From NCBI RefSeq assembly GCF_006345805.1, contig NC_043001.1:83452001-83516000 (forward strand): a DNA stretch of 64,000 nt. The letters are read 5' to 3'. This document shows, piece by piece, positions 25,821-38,639 of the stretch. How positions within the stretch are numbered: the first letter of the stretch is position 1; every line of letters begins with the position of its first letter. The position numbers and the translations under genes were made by a program. Under the pieces are notes generated by a model. It had not been told where the DNA came from. It saw only the letters and a list, made by a program, of their open reading frames with translations, and did no database searches. The DNA comes from Octopus sinensis. Lineage: Eukaryota.

Positions 25821-26882
25821 CTACCACATGAAACGTTGTGCATCTTTTACTCCAGGCCATGTGAATGTCTTGTAGACAAATAGATAAATAGTGATTGCAT
25901 TTACAAAAGTGCTGACGGTAAATTCCAACAGCATCTTACTCAGGGGTGTGGGCAGCGGCATGTTTAACCGAAGCAATAAATAAGGAATTATGAAATAGCG
26001 AAACTCCAAGAGTTTCTGTGGAACCAAAGAGACAGTGATGCAAATAGCAAAAGCTATTTTCCAAAAGATATTTTTCTTTTTTAAGTCTAAGTAAACTTGG
26101 CATATAGTGTACCAATAAATGGGAATTAGTAAGAATCGTACTAGGTAATGTCTTTTAAAGATTTTGGACCATACATAGAATGTATAGTGCCGATTGTCAG
26201 CTAGGAGGTACTCGTGTACGTATGTAAATTTAGCGATTAACAATGCAGATATGACAGAGAAAGTGATGAAGCTGATGGGTTTCTGAATAGATTGTGAGAG
26301 CCAGTTGTAGATTTTTTGAAATGATATCAAATGTGGGCTCGCAAAAAATAAGACAGTCGACAGAAAGTAATAAATTTGAGGGAAGTTGAATGTGACTTCA
26401 TGGTGACTTCTGTCACCAACAACAATGCCGTTGTTGATGTAGACAAACAGAAGGAAAAGAAGAGTAACAATTATATAACACCAAGTTTTCATCAGGATGG
26501 AGAGCACAAGCTCTACAATAACCCATGGATTCCGCTGAAGATTCACAGAGAATAAATTGAAGAAAGTATGTAGCAGCAACCAGTCGTGTTTCCGCTGAGT
26601 TTTCAAGTTCTTCTTTTGCACAGCCATCCACTGAAGGAGAGTGTGCTGGGCAGAGACACCGACCATAAACACAACCCAGATGATGTTCGTCTGGCGGAAG
26701 AGGATAGCTATGACACCGATGAGGGCAGCAGGTATAGTTTGGTGATGGAGATGAAGGAGGTACATGAGAAGTGTGAAGAAAGTCGAACCAGCATCAGTGT
26801 AGTAGAGAAACGTGAAGAAATAGAGCATTGGGAAGCTGCCCAATGTCGATGCCACCAAAAATGTGTAACTGGAACTCATTTT
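25821..26882 (-). CDS. ALG10: ALG10 alpha-1,2-glucosyltransferase, coding exon 3 (terminal)
   Basis: Acceptor ttttgcag|AAA; motifs FFTFLYYTDAGS, FRQTNIIW, NNGIVVGDRSHH, HEYLLADNRHYTFYVW, VPQKLLEFRYFIIPY and C-terminal QRFMW*. Confidence 0.96.
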   Translation of the reverse strand, partial: KMSSSYTFLVASTLGSFPMLYFFTFLYYTDAGSTFFTLLMYLLHLHHQTIPAALIGVIAILFRQTNIIWVVFMVGVSAQHTLLQWMAVQKKNLKTQRKHDWLLLHTFFNLFSVNLQRNPWVIVELVLSILMKTWCYIIVTLLFLLFVYINNGIVVGDRSHHEVTFNFPQIYYFLSTVLFFASPHLISFQKIYNWLSQSIQKPISFITFSVISALLIAKFTYVHEYLLADNRHYTFYVWSKIFKRHYLVRFLLIPIYWYTICQVYLDLKKKNIFWKIAFAICITVSLVPQKLLEFRYFIIPYLLLRLNMPLPTPLSKMLLEFTVSTFVNAITIYLFVYKTFTWPGVKDAQRFMW

Positions 26883-26901
26883 CTGCAAAATAACAAAAGA
26901 G

Positions 26902-27287
26902 ATCATCATCATCATCATCATCATCATCATTTAACGTCCGCTTTCCATGCTAGCATGGGTTGGACGGTTCAACTGGGATCTGAGGAGCCCGAAGGCTGCA
27001 CCAGGCCAGTCAGATCTGGCAGAGTTTCTACAGCTGGATGCCCTTCCTAACGCCAACCACTCCGAGAGTGTAGTGGGTGATTTTATGTGCCAGACGAGGC
27101 TGGCAGACGGCCACGCTCGGATGGTGTTTTTATGTGCCACCGACACAGGTGCCAGATGAGGCTGGCGAACGGCCACGATCGGATGGTGTTTGTTACGTGC
27201 CCACAGCACGGAGGCCAGTCGATGCGGTACTGGCTACGGCCACGTTCGGATGGTTTTCTTGTATGCCACCGGCACTGGTACCACGAG
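26902..27287 (-). mobile_element. 5'-truncated RTE 3' UTR copy (family D) abutting ALG10 exon 3 acceptor
   Basis: Near-identical to 62660-63110; its (ATG)n tail ends about 19 nt before the exon. Confidence 0.85.
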
Positions 27288-27887
27288 AAATGTTAAACAT
27301 ATATGGGCCACTGACCTCGACTGTGGTCACTCAACAGTGTCAAATTAATAGTAGAACTTGAGGCAATTCAGCGGCACTATATCAAGATCACATCAATGGA
27401 ACTACTGAGCTACTGAAAAAGACTGAAAGAGCTACAACTTTACTCCCTGGTATGCAGTGATATATGGAAGATCATGGAGGTGCTAGCACCAAACTTTGGT
27501 ATCAAGAGCTATATCAGCCCCCACACTAGACGTCACTGCACTATTCCAAAGGTCCCATCTATCTCGTCTAGAGTGAGGACCATGTGCTTCAATAACTTAG
27601 GATTCTGTATTTAAATGTGATATATAACAAGAAAAATTCAAATACATATATGTAGAAAGGGCATCCAGGCCACGGAAAATGCTTTTACATGCCACCAGCA
27701 TGGGTGCATGACACCGGTATCTGCCACAACTGCAATTTTGCTCGACTTGATGGGTCTTCTTCTCAAACACAACATAACGCCAAAGGATAACAGACGTTAA
27801 ATGATGATGATGATGATATATACATAACATAAATGAGTCTGTGTTTAGATAAATATTTTTATATATAGGCATGTATAAAGATTGATA

Positions 27888-28063
27888 CACAGAGAGAATA
27901 CCCTTGACAGGACCTCTTACATGCTAAATAAAAAATTTATTTTTTATTTTGTTCACTCTAGTGCCATTAACAGTGGGCCTTAAGAATTTTTTTTTTTTTG
28001 TGGTTTGGGTTTAACTACCCTTTTTAACATGTAAGAAGTCCTGCCAAGGGTCTTCTCTCTGTG
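27888..28063. mobile_element. MITE with CAC termini in ALG10 intron 2
   Basis: ~36-bp TIR CACAGAGAGAATACCCTTGACAGGACCTCTTACATG / CATGTAAGAAGTCCTGCCAAGGGTCTTCTCTCTGTG, flanked by TA. Confidence 0.8.
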
Positions 28064-28339
28064 TATAAATCTTTATACACTCTTATATGTGCACACATGA
28101 ATCCCTGTACATGTGTCTATAAGTGCAGATAGTAGTTTGAATTCCCAGTAAATTCTCAAGCAAAAACATTTCATTTCACATTGCTCAAGTCCACTAAGCT
28201 GTAAGTGGGTAATCCAGCAAGAATGACATCCTGTTGAGGAAGACTGTAGGCCTGCCTGCATGGTGGACACAGACACATGTAGGTGTGTCTGTGAGGGTGT
28301 GTGTGCGTGATTATGTGCATGTATGAATGCAGTACTTAC

Positions 28340-28528
28340 TGGGTGCATCCTGTTAAGCAGCAGAAAGATAAGGGCCACATTTCCTGTAGAGAAAAAGAGG
28401 TTAGTACATCGTAGTATGTAAGGGGTACAGAACATGTCCCCCTTGTTGAACAGCAGTCGACCTGGTATGGAGAGGGGAAGACTTGATGAGAGGTAGAGAC
28501 CAGGTAGGGTCGTTATCATTGGATCCCA
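28340..28528 (-). CDS. ALG10: ALG10 coding exon 2
   Basis: Acceptor ttttgcag|TGG; WDPMITTLPGLYL..LRCTN; donor CCA|gtaagt; 189 nt, phase 0/0. Confidence 0.94.
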
Positions 28529-28886
28529 CTGCAAAAGACAAAAGAAAAACAAAAACGTAAGTTATAAGAGTAAAAATCACAATGACAAAAACAAACTAGA
28601 TGAAATACTAACAAGAATAATAATAATAATAATCTTTTCTACTAAAGGCACAAGGCCTGAAATTTTGGGGGAGGGAACTAGTCGATTATATCGACCGCAG
28701 TATTTCACTGGTACTTAATTTATCAACCCCTGAAAGGATGAAAGGCAAAGTTGACCTCGTCAGAATTTGAACTCAGAACATAGTGATGGGCAAAATACCA
28801 TTAAGCATTTCACCCAGCTTTTTAACAATTCTGCGAGCTCACCACCTTAATAGAAGAAGAAGAAGAAGAAGAAGAAGAAGAAGAAG

Positions 28887-28928
<42 letters not shown>

Positions 28929-29039
28929 CTTTTCTGCTATAGGCACGAGGCCTGAAATTTGGGGGAGGGGATTAATCAATTACATCGACCCCAGTATGTA
29001 TATATATATATATATATATATATAGATATAGATATAGTT

Positions 29040-29255
29040 AATCCAAACATGAACAAAGAGAAAACACAACAACGTGAGGACGTGAAACAAGTATAGTGTT
29101 ATTGGACACTCAGGAAAGGAAAGAAAGAAGTAGGATTTAACGTTTCGAGAGGAGCTCTTCGTCAGAAACATAGAAAAAGGAAAGGTCCAAGGAAGAGAAG
29201 ACAGAGAAAGAAAATCGCCAACGATACACATGCGGTCATATATTGAAATGACCGG
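29040..29255 (-). mobile_element. Short (TA)n-embedded element with hammerhead motif
   Basis: Minus strand 29135-29169 reads GTTT-CTGACGA-A-GAGC-TCC-TCTC-GAAAC-GTT-AAAT. Confidence 0.6.
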
Positions 29256-29269
29256 AAGGGATATATATA

Positions 29270-30496
29270 TTGGGTCATCCCATAAAAAATGCGGTTTTTT
29301 AAAAGTCCGAGGGGATGGCATAAACTACCTGCATCAACTTGCTATAAAAGCAAGTAGCAATTTTACCTTGGCCTTATTATTAGTGCAAGTTTTGAAGTTT
29401 GCAGTTCGATTTTAACAATTATTTTTTCAAAGCTATAATGGAAGTGACAAAGGAGCATATTTGGCCATATTTTGCTTTATGAGTTCAATAAAGGCAACAA
29501 TAGAAAATGCAAGGAATATTAATGCAGTATATGGGGATCAGATAATAAGTGTAAGTCAGTGTCAACGGTGGTTCCAGAAATTCCAAGCTGGAAACTACAG
29601 CCTAGAAGACAAGCCTCATCCTGAAAGATCTGTAGTGCAAACCCTGGTGGAACAAAATCCCAACGTAACTGTTGAGTACAAGCAGAAAAGCTTGGATTTG
29701 GTCATTCAACAATTCATCAAGACCTACATGCCATTGGAAATGTCAGTAAATTGGGTCAATGTGTTCCTCACAAACTTTTTGAGTCTAATCGCACACAGAG
29801 AATGAATGTGTGCTCTTCTTTGCTGTCATGTCTCACAACTGAACCTTTTTGAGACCAAATAGTGATTGGTGACAAGAAGTGGGTTCTCTATAAAAATCTC
29901 AAGTGCCAAAGACAATGGATAGGGAAAGGAGAAATACCAGCACCCCAGGCTAAAGAAGGTCTTCACCCTCATAAGGTGTTGTTATGTTGTGTGGGATATG
30001 AAAGGTTTAGTCCACTTTGAACTTTTAAACCCAGACCAAATAATACCAAAGGAGATCTGCTTGAGCAGCTTAAGTCAATACTAGAAGAAAAATGACCATC
30101 ATTATTTTCAAGACAAAAGATGTTCTTCCATCAGGATGATAGTCATATACAGTGAGGATGACATTCCAAAGGTTGAAGCAGTTTGAATGATGCCCCACCC
30201 ACTGTATTCGCTGGACATTGCCCCATCTGATTATCATTTATTCGGCAGTTTTTAAAATCATTTGGACAGAAAAAATATGGATTCTGTAGACGAGGTCAGA
30301 ACAGTACTGGAGGAGTATTTTTCATCAAGGACAAGTGAATTTAGGAAGAGGGACCTTGCAAGTCTACCAGATAGATGGAAGAGCATTGTAGAAAATGGAG
30401 GAGAGTAAATTTTTGATTAAAAAAGAATTTTGTTTATCTTAATTTTGGAAAATAAAAGAGGTATAAAAAAACCAGCATTATTTATGGGATGACCCA

Positions 30497-30497
<1 letters not shown>
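29270..30497 (+). mobile_element. Full-length degenerate mariner transposon in ALG10 intron 1
   Basis: TIR TTGGGTCATCCCATAAA / TTTATGGGATGACCCAA with TA TSD; transposase relics QRWFQKF, IVIGDKKWVLY, FHQDD and PHPLYSLDIAPSDYHLF, with frameshifts. Confidence 0.92.
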
Positions 30498-30531
<34 letters not shown>

Positions 30532-33500
30532 TAAATGCATGTATTGTAAGTGAGAAAGGATCTGGAAATCCAGGTTAACTTTGGTTGTGGAGTATAAGAT
30601 AACAATCGAAGAATGGAGTTATTGTTAGCATGTTTCGACAAAATACAGGTGACAAATCATATAGTATGTTAAGAAATATATTCATACATAGGTGCAGGAG
30701 TGGTTGTGTGGTAAGTAGCTTGCTTACCAACCACATTGTTCCGAGTTCAGTCACACTGTGGTACCTTGGGCAAGTGTCTTCTACTATAGCCTCGGGCCGA
30801 GCAAAGCCTTGTGAGTGGATTTGGTAGATGGAAGACTAAAAGAAGCCCGTATGTGTGTATGTGTGTGTGTGTGTGTTTGTCCCTATCCAACATCGTTTGA
30901 CAACCGATGTTGGTGTGCTTGTGTCCCGCAACTTAGTGGTTCAGCAAAAGAGATTGATAGAATGAGTACTAGGCTTAAAGAAGAGTAAGTCCTGAGGTCG
31001 ATTTGTTCGACTAAAGGCAGTGCTCCACCATAGCCACAGTCAAAATGACTGAAACAAGTAAAAGAATAAAAGAATACAGGCATGGTGGTGTCGTAAAAAG
31101 CTTTCTTCCCAACCACCCACTCCTTGATTCAGTCCCACTGCGTAGCAACTTGGGCAAGTGTCTTCTACGACAGACCCAGTTTAATCAAAGCCTTGTTAAT
31201 GGATTTAGTAGATGGAAACTGAAAGAAACCCGTCATATATGTGTGTGCATGTTTTTTGTCCACCACCACCGCATGGCAACCAGTGTTGGTTTCTTTACAT
31301 CCCGTAGCTTAGTGTTTCGGCAAAAGAGACCGAAAATGTAAGTACTGGGGTCAAATTTGTTCGACTAAACCCTTCGAGGCAGAGCTCTAGCATGGCTGCA
31401 GTCCAATGACTGGAACAAGTGAAAGGTACGATGGATATAGTTTTATTTAACCGACGCATTGCCCTCTAAAAGTATAAAGCAAAGTTGGATTGAACAGGAT
31501 TTGACCTCAGAACGTAAAGAGGTGAAACTAAACCTCAGCTATAATTCACTTAACGCTGTTAACTAAAATGCTGCTTTGCGTCTTCTAAAGTGCAGAGAAA
31601 AAAAGGGGGGGCTATCAAGGGAGAATACTTTGTATAATTCCTATTGTAAGTTGTCTCCCTTACTTTCCGCTTATTTTTTAAAAGTATAAGTGATAATTTC
31701 ATGCAACTTTATGTGCACCCGTAAAAAAAAATGTCTTATGATATTTCCTCCGGCTCGTTATATCCTAAATTCATTAGTTCAAGTCCTGGCGATGTCAACT
31801 TCGCCTTTCCATCTTTTCGGGAGTAATAAAACAATAAGATTCAGTTAAGTACTGGGGTCGATGGTTTCAGCTAACTCCTTAAAAGTTGTCCTTGTGCTTA
31901 AGTCAAAAACAATTACTTCCGGTTCAATATAGTGTGAAAGTAGCATTGGTGACTAAAATTATTCTTCTTACTGGATTTCAGTCTTATACTGATCCCAATT
32001 TCCAAGCTATGGCCAAACTGGAGTACATGGCTGTCCGTTCGAGCGGACTCTACTGCGATTTTTAAACCCCAAGAGGACATCTCTAGCAGGTTAACGATGC
32101 ACAGCTGCATCCGATAAAATTGTGAGCAGGGGAGCGAACCCCTACCATCTCCTAGCAACAAGACCAGTAGACCAATTCTAGTTTCGGGTTATTTCTGCCA
32201 CTCCTCAGTACTGGACACCTCATCTGCTAGAGATAATAACAGCTCGCTTCTGCACGCAATAAATATATATATTTCAAGCGAACACACAGTCGCTGATTTT
32301 GCAACAAGCAAAAATAGTGGAGGACTATCATTCAATTTAGCCCCAGGACAACCCTGGTCAAGCATTCCGGCCATGAGCATTCTGTCGTTTTGGAAATATG
32401 TATAACAACACTGTTATACGGTAGTGTAATGAGAGAGAACGGGCTGATATTTCTAGTGAGTCAAGCAACCACATAGAGGTTACCATATTGACAGTCCAGA
32501 TTTATTTCATTGTGTAGCATTATGAGGGTCATCCAGTTGTAGAAATCAAGCCAAATCAGACTTGTTGCACCTGGCTTGCTTGCCAACCCTACTCAAACCG
32601 TCAAACCCATGGCAGCATAGAAAGTGGACGTTAAATGATGATGATAATATATATATATATATATTGGGCTTCTTTTAGTTTCTATCTACCAAATCTACAA
32701 GGCTGTAGTAGAAGACACTTGCCCAAGGTGCCGTGCAGTGGGACTGAACTATGTAGCTGGGAAGCAAAGTTCTTACTACACTGCCACGATTGTTTATTTT
32801 CAGAATAACATTGTTGAGTAGGTGTGACAGGCCAGCTCTGGCTAGTTTGAACATCAAACAAGTAGAATATTTTGGGTTGAAAGTGGCCTGTTTGAATACT
32901 GTATGGTTAAATCTCTTATTGGCCATCAAGTGACCTATTCAACCTGCTTCTGTACTGAGACATGATTTAGAGGCTGCAGCATGGTAGATATAAAAGTGTG
33001 GGAACCGTAAGTGAAATAATGGTTAATAAGTTTTAATCTGACACATGTAGTTATAGTAAACATGACAAATATGACACATAATGACAGACACTAATCAAAA
33101 CATTCAATACATAATGATTTACTAAAACATAACACGATAAAGGAAATCAACCTGCTAGAAATTACAGCAAATAAAATCATTCTCAAATTTCACTATGATT
33201 TATAAAAATGAAGAAGGACATTAGATAGTGTAGCCTGAAATAAACTACTTGAAAATGGTTAGAATGTCTTTGATCAAAAATATGGTGAATCAGAGCTGAT
33301 CTAGCGCTACACTACAACAACAATAGATGTAGACAGGATACTTATATCTCACCTACTTAATGTCATAACACCAATAAATGCTTAATGCAATGACAATAGC
33401 CATAGAGTTGCACATAGGTCCTTGATATCTTTGCACCAATAGCTAAAAAATGGGATGGACCATATGTTTTTGCACAACAATGATTAGTGCAGACCTAACT

Positions 33501-36500
33501 GAATTTTATATAAAAAATATTATTTTCTAATTTTAAAATATGTCATAAAATACATATTGTTAGTGTGTATTGATTAACAGTAGGTCTGATTAGACAAATT
33601 AGTGCAACTTAAGAAATCTTTTATCATTTCAACCAATGAAAATGAAGTTTATGAAATCTTTTATCAGGGTTCAGTCCCACTGCATGGCACCTTGGGCAAG
33701 TATCTTCTACTATAGCCTCGGGTCAACCAAAAGCCTTGTGAGTGGATTTGGTAGACGGAAACTGAAAGTAGCCCATTGTATATATGTATATGTGTGTGTG
33801 TGTGTTTGTCCCGCCAGCATCGGTTTATTTTATTTTTTTCTCCTTGTCTTGCAACTTACCTGACCATTTCACTAGTGCTAGTGTCACAAAAAAAAATCCA
33901 GTACACACAGTAAAGTGACTGGCATGAGAAAGGACATCCAGGTGTCGAAACCATGCCAAGAGACACACTGAAGTCTGACACAATTCTACAATCGATAGAT
34001 CCTGACAAACCATCCAACCTAGGCTAGCATGGAAAATCAACATTAACTGATAATGAGATATTCAATACCATCACCCCACCCTACTAGAATTTGACTGATA
34101 CTTTTTTTTTTCTATCACCTCTGAAAGGATGAAAGGCAACGTTGCCCTTAAAGGGATTTGAACTCAGAATGTAAAACATGGGAAGAATTACTGCAAAGCA
34201 TATATTTTGGATGCTCTAATGGTTCTGCCAGTCTACTGACCTTGGAGCTACACACTAATAAAAACCACAGTGCAGCTGCAAACTGTCATCAGAACCAATG
34301 GGAACCTCTTGGTCAGTGGTTCTCAACCATTTTTTACCTGTGGGCCCTTTTGATTCCTATTTTATTTGGATGGACCCCCAAGGCCATTTGATGTTTAAAA
34401 AAAATCTCATTATATTTTAATAATCAAATATTAATAGGAACTGGACAAAAAAAATTGTTAAAATATTTTGTGCATTGTAGAAAGTATAACCTATTTATTA
34501 CACCTAAGTGGCTGTTCAACTTCTTAGAAATAGTAGCCAAATTTCCCTCAGATCACACCCTAATACATTATTATAAGGACACAATGGATGATTCAGTCCA
34601 AGCTACACGATTTCAGGAAAAAAAAAACAGAAAACAAAAAAGACAGGATGGACATGACTCAAATGTTTTTTTGAAGTGGTTGACCTCGGGTTAAAAAAAA
34701 ACAATATGAAATAGACACAGAAATGTGAATTCAAAAGCAAATAAAAGGAATCTAAAAGATTACATATTTATACATGTAAAACACATTTCCAGGCACTGAG
34801 AGTCAGGAACCTCTTAGAATCTGCACTAATTTACAAGCAGGAAATTTACAGTAAAGACCCCCTTTGGTCATGAATGACTATGGATTGCACCTAGAACGCT
34901 CCACTCCAAGTTACAAGTCCAGGCAAAGTTGTTTATGGAAGACCAGCAGTCGCCCATGCATACCAGCCTCCCCTCTCCACACCACCGATGTCATCCAAGG
35001 GAAAGGCAAAGGTCGATACAGCTTGGCACCAGTGACTTCGCAACTCATTTCTTCAACTGAGTGAACTGGAGCAACATGAAATAAAGAACACAACACAGCC
35101 TGGATCAGGAATCGAACTCACTACCTCATTAGAGCCTGATGCTCTAACCACTGAGCCATGTGGCCATGTGCCTTCACACCTATTAATAAACTTGTATCAT
35201 TTATACTAATGTACAAGTACTGGTATAGCATTTAATTATTTAAGGAAATTTAATATTTGTGAAATTTAGAATGTATTAACCAAGGTTCGGAAAAATCATT
35301 AATCCAGAGAGGCTTTGGAAACAAAGCTTCCGGAAAATCGCTATTGTGTATATTTTTTAGTATCCATAAACAATGGAAGAGTGTATGTGAGTGAGTGAGT
35401 GAGTGTATGTGTGTGTATGTGCGTGTGTCTTTGTTCACCACCGTAAATTAGCGGTCCACAAGAGACCGATAGAATAAGCACCAGATTTTAAAACATAAGT
35501 CCTAGTGTTGACATGTTGGACTAAAAACCCTTCAAGGCAATGCCCCAGCATGGCCGTTGTGTAGTGACTGAAAGGAGATTGTTTTTTTTTTTGTTTGTTT
35601 TTTAATACGTATTTAAAAAAGAAATTATTTAAAAATTCTAAAATGAAAAAAAAAACGAAAAAAAAATGTTTAGAACAAAAGATTTGAGGGGTGGGAGAAA
35701 AATTATAAATTTAAACAGCTGAAGTAATGAGGTGATAAACCGTAATTTCCGTTGTTCAAAATATAGGAAGCTAAAAAAAATTTGAGGTAGGAGGAAGGTT
35801 TGGGCGCCTCTTTGACACGTCAACCTTGCCGATTAGTGTTAATAATTCAACTTTCATTTTCTGATCGTAAAAAAAAAAGAAAAAAAAACGGAAACATTAA
35901 AGTCACAATCAACCTTTAGATTGCGATATTTATAATTAATTATAGTACGCTGCCAAAACAGTATTGAGCGATATTTCTATTTCATTTAAAATATTTAACA
36001 TTTTTATAAATAACTTTACATTAAAACAAATAGGATTACACACACATGTACGCTTCCATGTATTTGTATCTAGATATATGAAAGAGTCTGTATACATATA
36101 TATGCAAGCGTAGGCTTGTATATTTATAGCTATAAACACACTGTCACTACTGCTGCTACTAGTACCAAAGAGTTCAAACAAGAACACCAGAAGAATATTG
36201 GAAAATTCGATTTCCTATTCTGGTATAGTACAGTAGTAACAGTAGCATGAATAACAATACCACGACTGTTGTGTTCAATCAATAACTATTTGAACTGTTA
36301 TATAAAAGTGCAGTAACACGCACGCACGTGTATGTGTACAATATAAATATACATGTATGTGGTTGTGTGTGTATGCGAATCTCTCTCATTATATACATTT
36401 ACATATGGTTGTATGTATGTAAGTACGTATACACGTGTGAATGTTTATATAAACACATACACCGATACATCTATACAAAGGCACATATGTATACACCATA

Positions 36501-36727
36501 CAAACATGATTCACACAAAATCGCATACGTACACCTCATATTACACACACACACACGTATACACACACACACATACATACATACACACATAAAAATCACC
36601 ACATCCACAAGTAAGAAGAAGACAGACATATACATAAACAAATATTAAATTGTGGGAAAATGCAAGTGTATGCAAGACGAATACAAAGAGAGAAGTTTTA
36701 ACGGGAAAGAGATAATAATGATCGTAC

Positions 36728-36895
36728 ATGCGAGAAGTTGCCATCACAATAGTGCTGTGCTTGGGGTATGTGGAATATCTCATCCATGTAAGGCTTAGGT
36801 TGGACAGAGTGCAGCCACTTTAAAAGAACCGTGGCCAAAGCGAAGAAGGTGACCAAGCCAAAGTAAAAGGGACATGCGAAGATTGATGTCGCCAT
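36728..36895 (-). CDS. ALG10: ALG10 coding exon 1
   Basis: ATG in context CAAGATGG; signal-anchor then PYMDEIFHIPQAQHYCDGNFSH; donor CAT|gtacga; 168 nt; joined protein about 472 aa. Confidence 0.92.
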
Positions 36896-36899
36896 CTTG
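36888..36899 (-). promoter_or_regulatory. YY1/TISU-like motif overlapping the ALG10 start codon
   Basis: CAAGATGGCGAC versus consensus SAASATGGCGGC (1 mismatch). Confidence 0.45.
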
Positions 36900-37033
36900 A
36901 AGAAGGACTTAGCACTGTAAGGGGAGCTCACTCTCTAGATTCATTTAACCTGCTTGCCTCTCTTGAGGCTTTTTTTTTTATTCCCTCCTTCTTTCTCAAT
37001 TTTTTTCTTTCTATCTATATAGCTAGCTAGCGC

Positions 37034-37114
<81 letters not shown>

Positions 37115-37530
37115 GATAGACAGACAGACAGTCAGTCAGACAGACAGACAGACAGACAGGCAGGCAGGCAGACAGACAGATAGTTAGATAGATAGATAGA
37201 TAGATAGAATTTGCAAAACTTTTTTCAAGTCAAAACGCGAATTTATATTTTGTCATCTACATTCCAACAACGAAGCTTTGTATCTTTGTTAGAAGCCAGC
37301 TTCTCCCTCAGAGAAACATTTCAAATAGATAAAATAAGAAGAGAACTTACATACATACATACATACATAATACATACATACATAAATACATATATACATA
37401 CATACATACATACATACATACATACATACATACATACATACATACATACATACATACATACGTATGTACGTACATACATACACACACACACACACACATA
37501 CATACATACATACATACATACATACATACA

Positions 37531-37560
<30 letters not shown>
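37034..37560. repeat. (GATA)n/(GACA)n and (TACA)n microsatellites upstream of ALG10
   Basis: Directly visible tetranucleotide tracts. Confidence 0.95.
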
Positions 37561-37561
<1 letters not shown>

Positions 37562-38587
37562 TGGTTAATAGCTTTGTGAGGGTATGAAGCACGGGCCCTA
37601 AAAGTGGTTGACGCCACACGACTAAGGTTATTCGACATAATGTGATAAAAGAGCGTTGCAGATCTGTTGGACAGACTGGACAGTACAATGAACGTCTCTG
37701 TCTTGGAGAAGACGGGCGGGCAACGAAAGTTGGTGACGATGGTCACTTCAATATTTTAGCCACGTTATCAGAGCTTAGGACCTCTGAACTCGCATCGCCG
37801 TGTGTAGGTGGACGGGAAACAAGCTCCCAATTCGCAGAGATGAAGAACGAGAGACGATACCAAGAACTGAAAGAGGAAAACTCTGGTGGAGTGCACGGCA
37901 GCAACAACATGAGACCGTATGGCATGGCAAGAAATTATGGTTGTGTCTGAGACCTCCGATCTTCAGCCAGAAGGTTGGGCATATCTACACGCTCATGTAT
38001 GTATGTATGTATGTATGTATGTATGTATGTATGTATGTATGTATGTATGTATGTATGTATGTATGTATGTATGTATGTATGTATGTGTATGTATGTGTGC
38101 ATGGCTTACACTCACGATTGTGAGATTGTGGTTTCGATTCCCAGACCAAGCGCTGCGTTGTGTTCTTAAGCAAAACACTTCATTTCACGTTGCTCTGCAA
38201 TCATTTTGTCATCTGACACGTGACACATTGGACATCTGTACAGGTAAGGTCAATTTGATGGAGAGAGTGAGCTTATGTGTACAGAAACATTTGATCACTA
38301 TAAACAAACCGTCTGCGTAGCTGTTCTGCAAGAAACTACAGAGCCTTCGTGCGTCATACATCGTCTAACGACAAGAAAGTCCATCATGTATGTCATTATT
38401 TAATTCTATTTCAAGATTTGTTGCCAATAGAGAAAGAGCCGGTTTCTAACCTATATCCAAGGCTTCATTGGCAATTCAACATCAACAACGTATGTATGTA
38501 TGTATGTATGTATGTATGTATGTATGTATGTATGTATGTATGTATGTACGTACGTTCGTACGTATATATGTGTGTATGTATGTGCGT

Positions 38588-38621
<34 letters not shown>

Positions 38622-38639
38622 TCTTTCATTCATCCTTAA

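Noticed and set aside
26883-26930. Poly-Met start of the 369-aa ORF as the true ALG10 N-terminus
   Set aside because: It is a retroposon (ATG)n tail inside intron 2; the conserved N-terminal motifs lie in two upstream exons with compatible phases.
26413-27050. Overlapping and antisense ORFs on ALG10 exon 3, TPRKB exons and the RTE ORF
   Set aside because: They are shadow frames of real coding or repeat sequence with no independent motifs.
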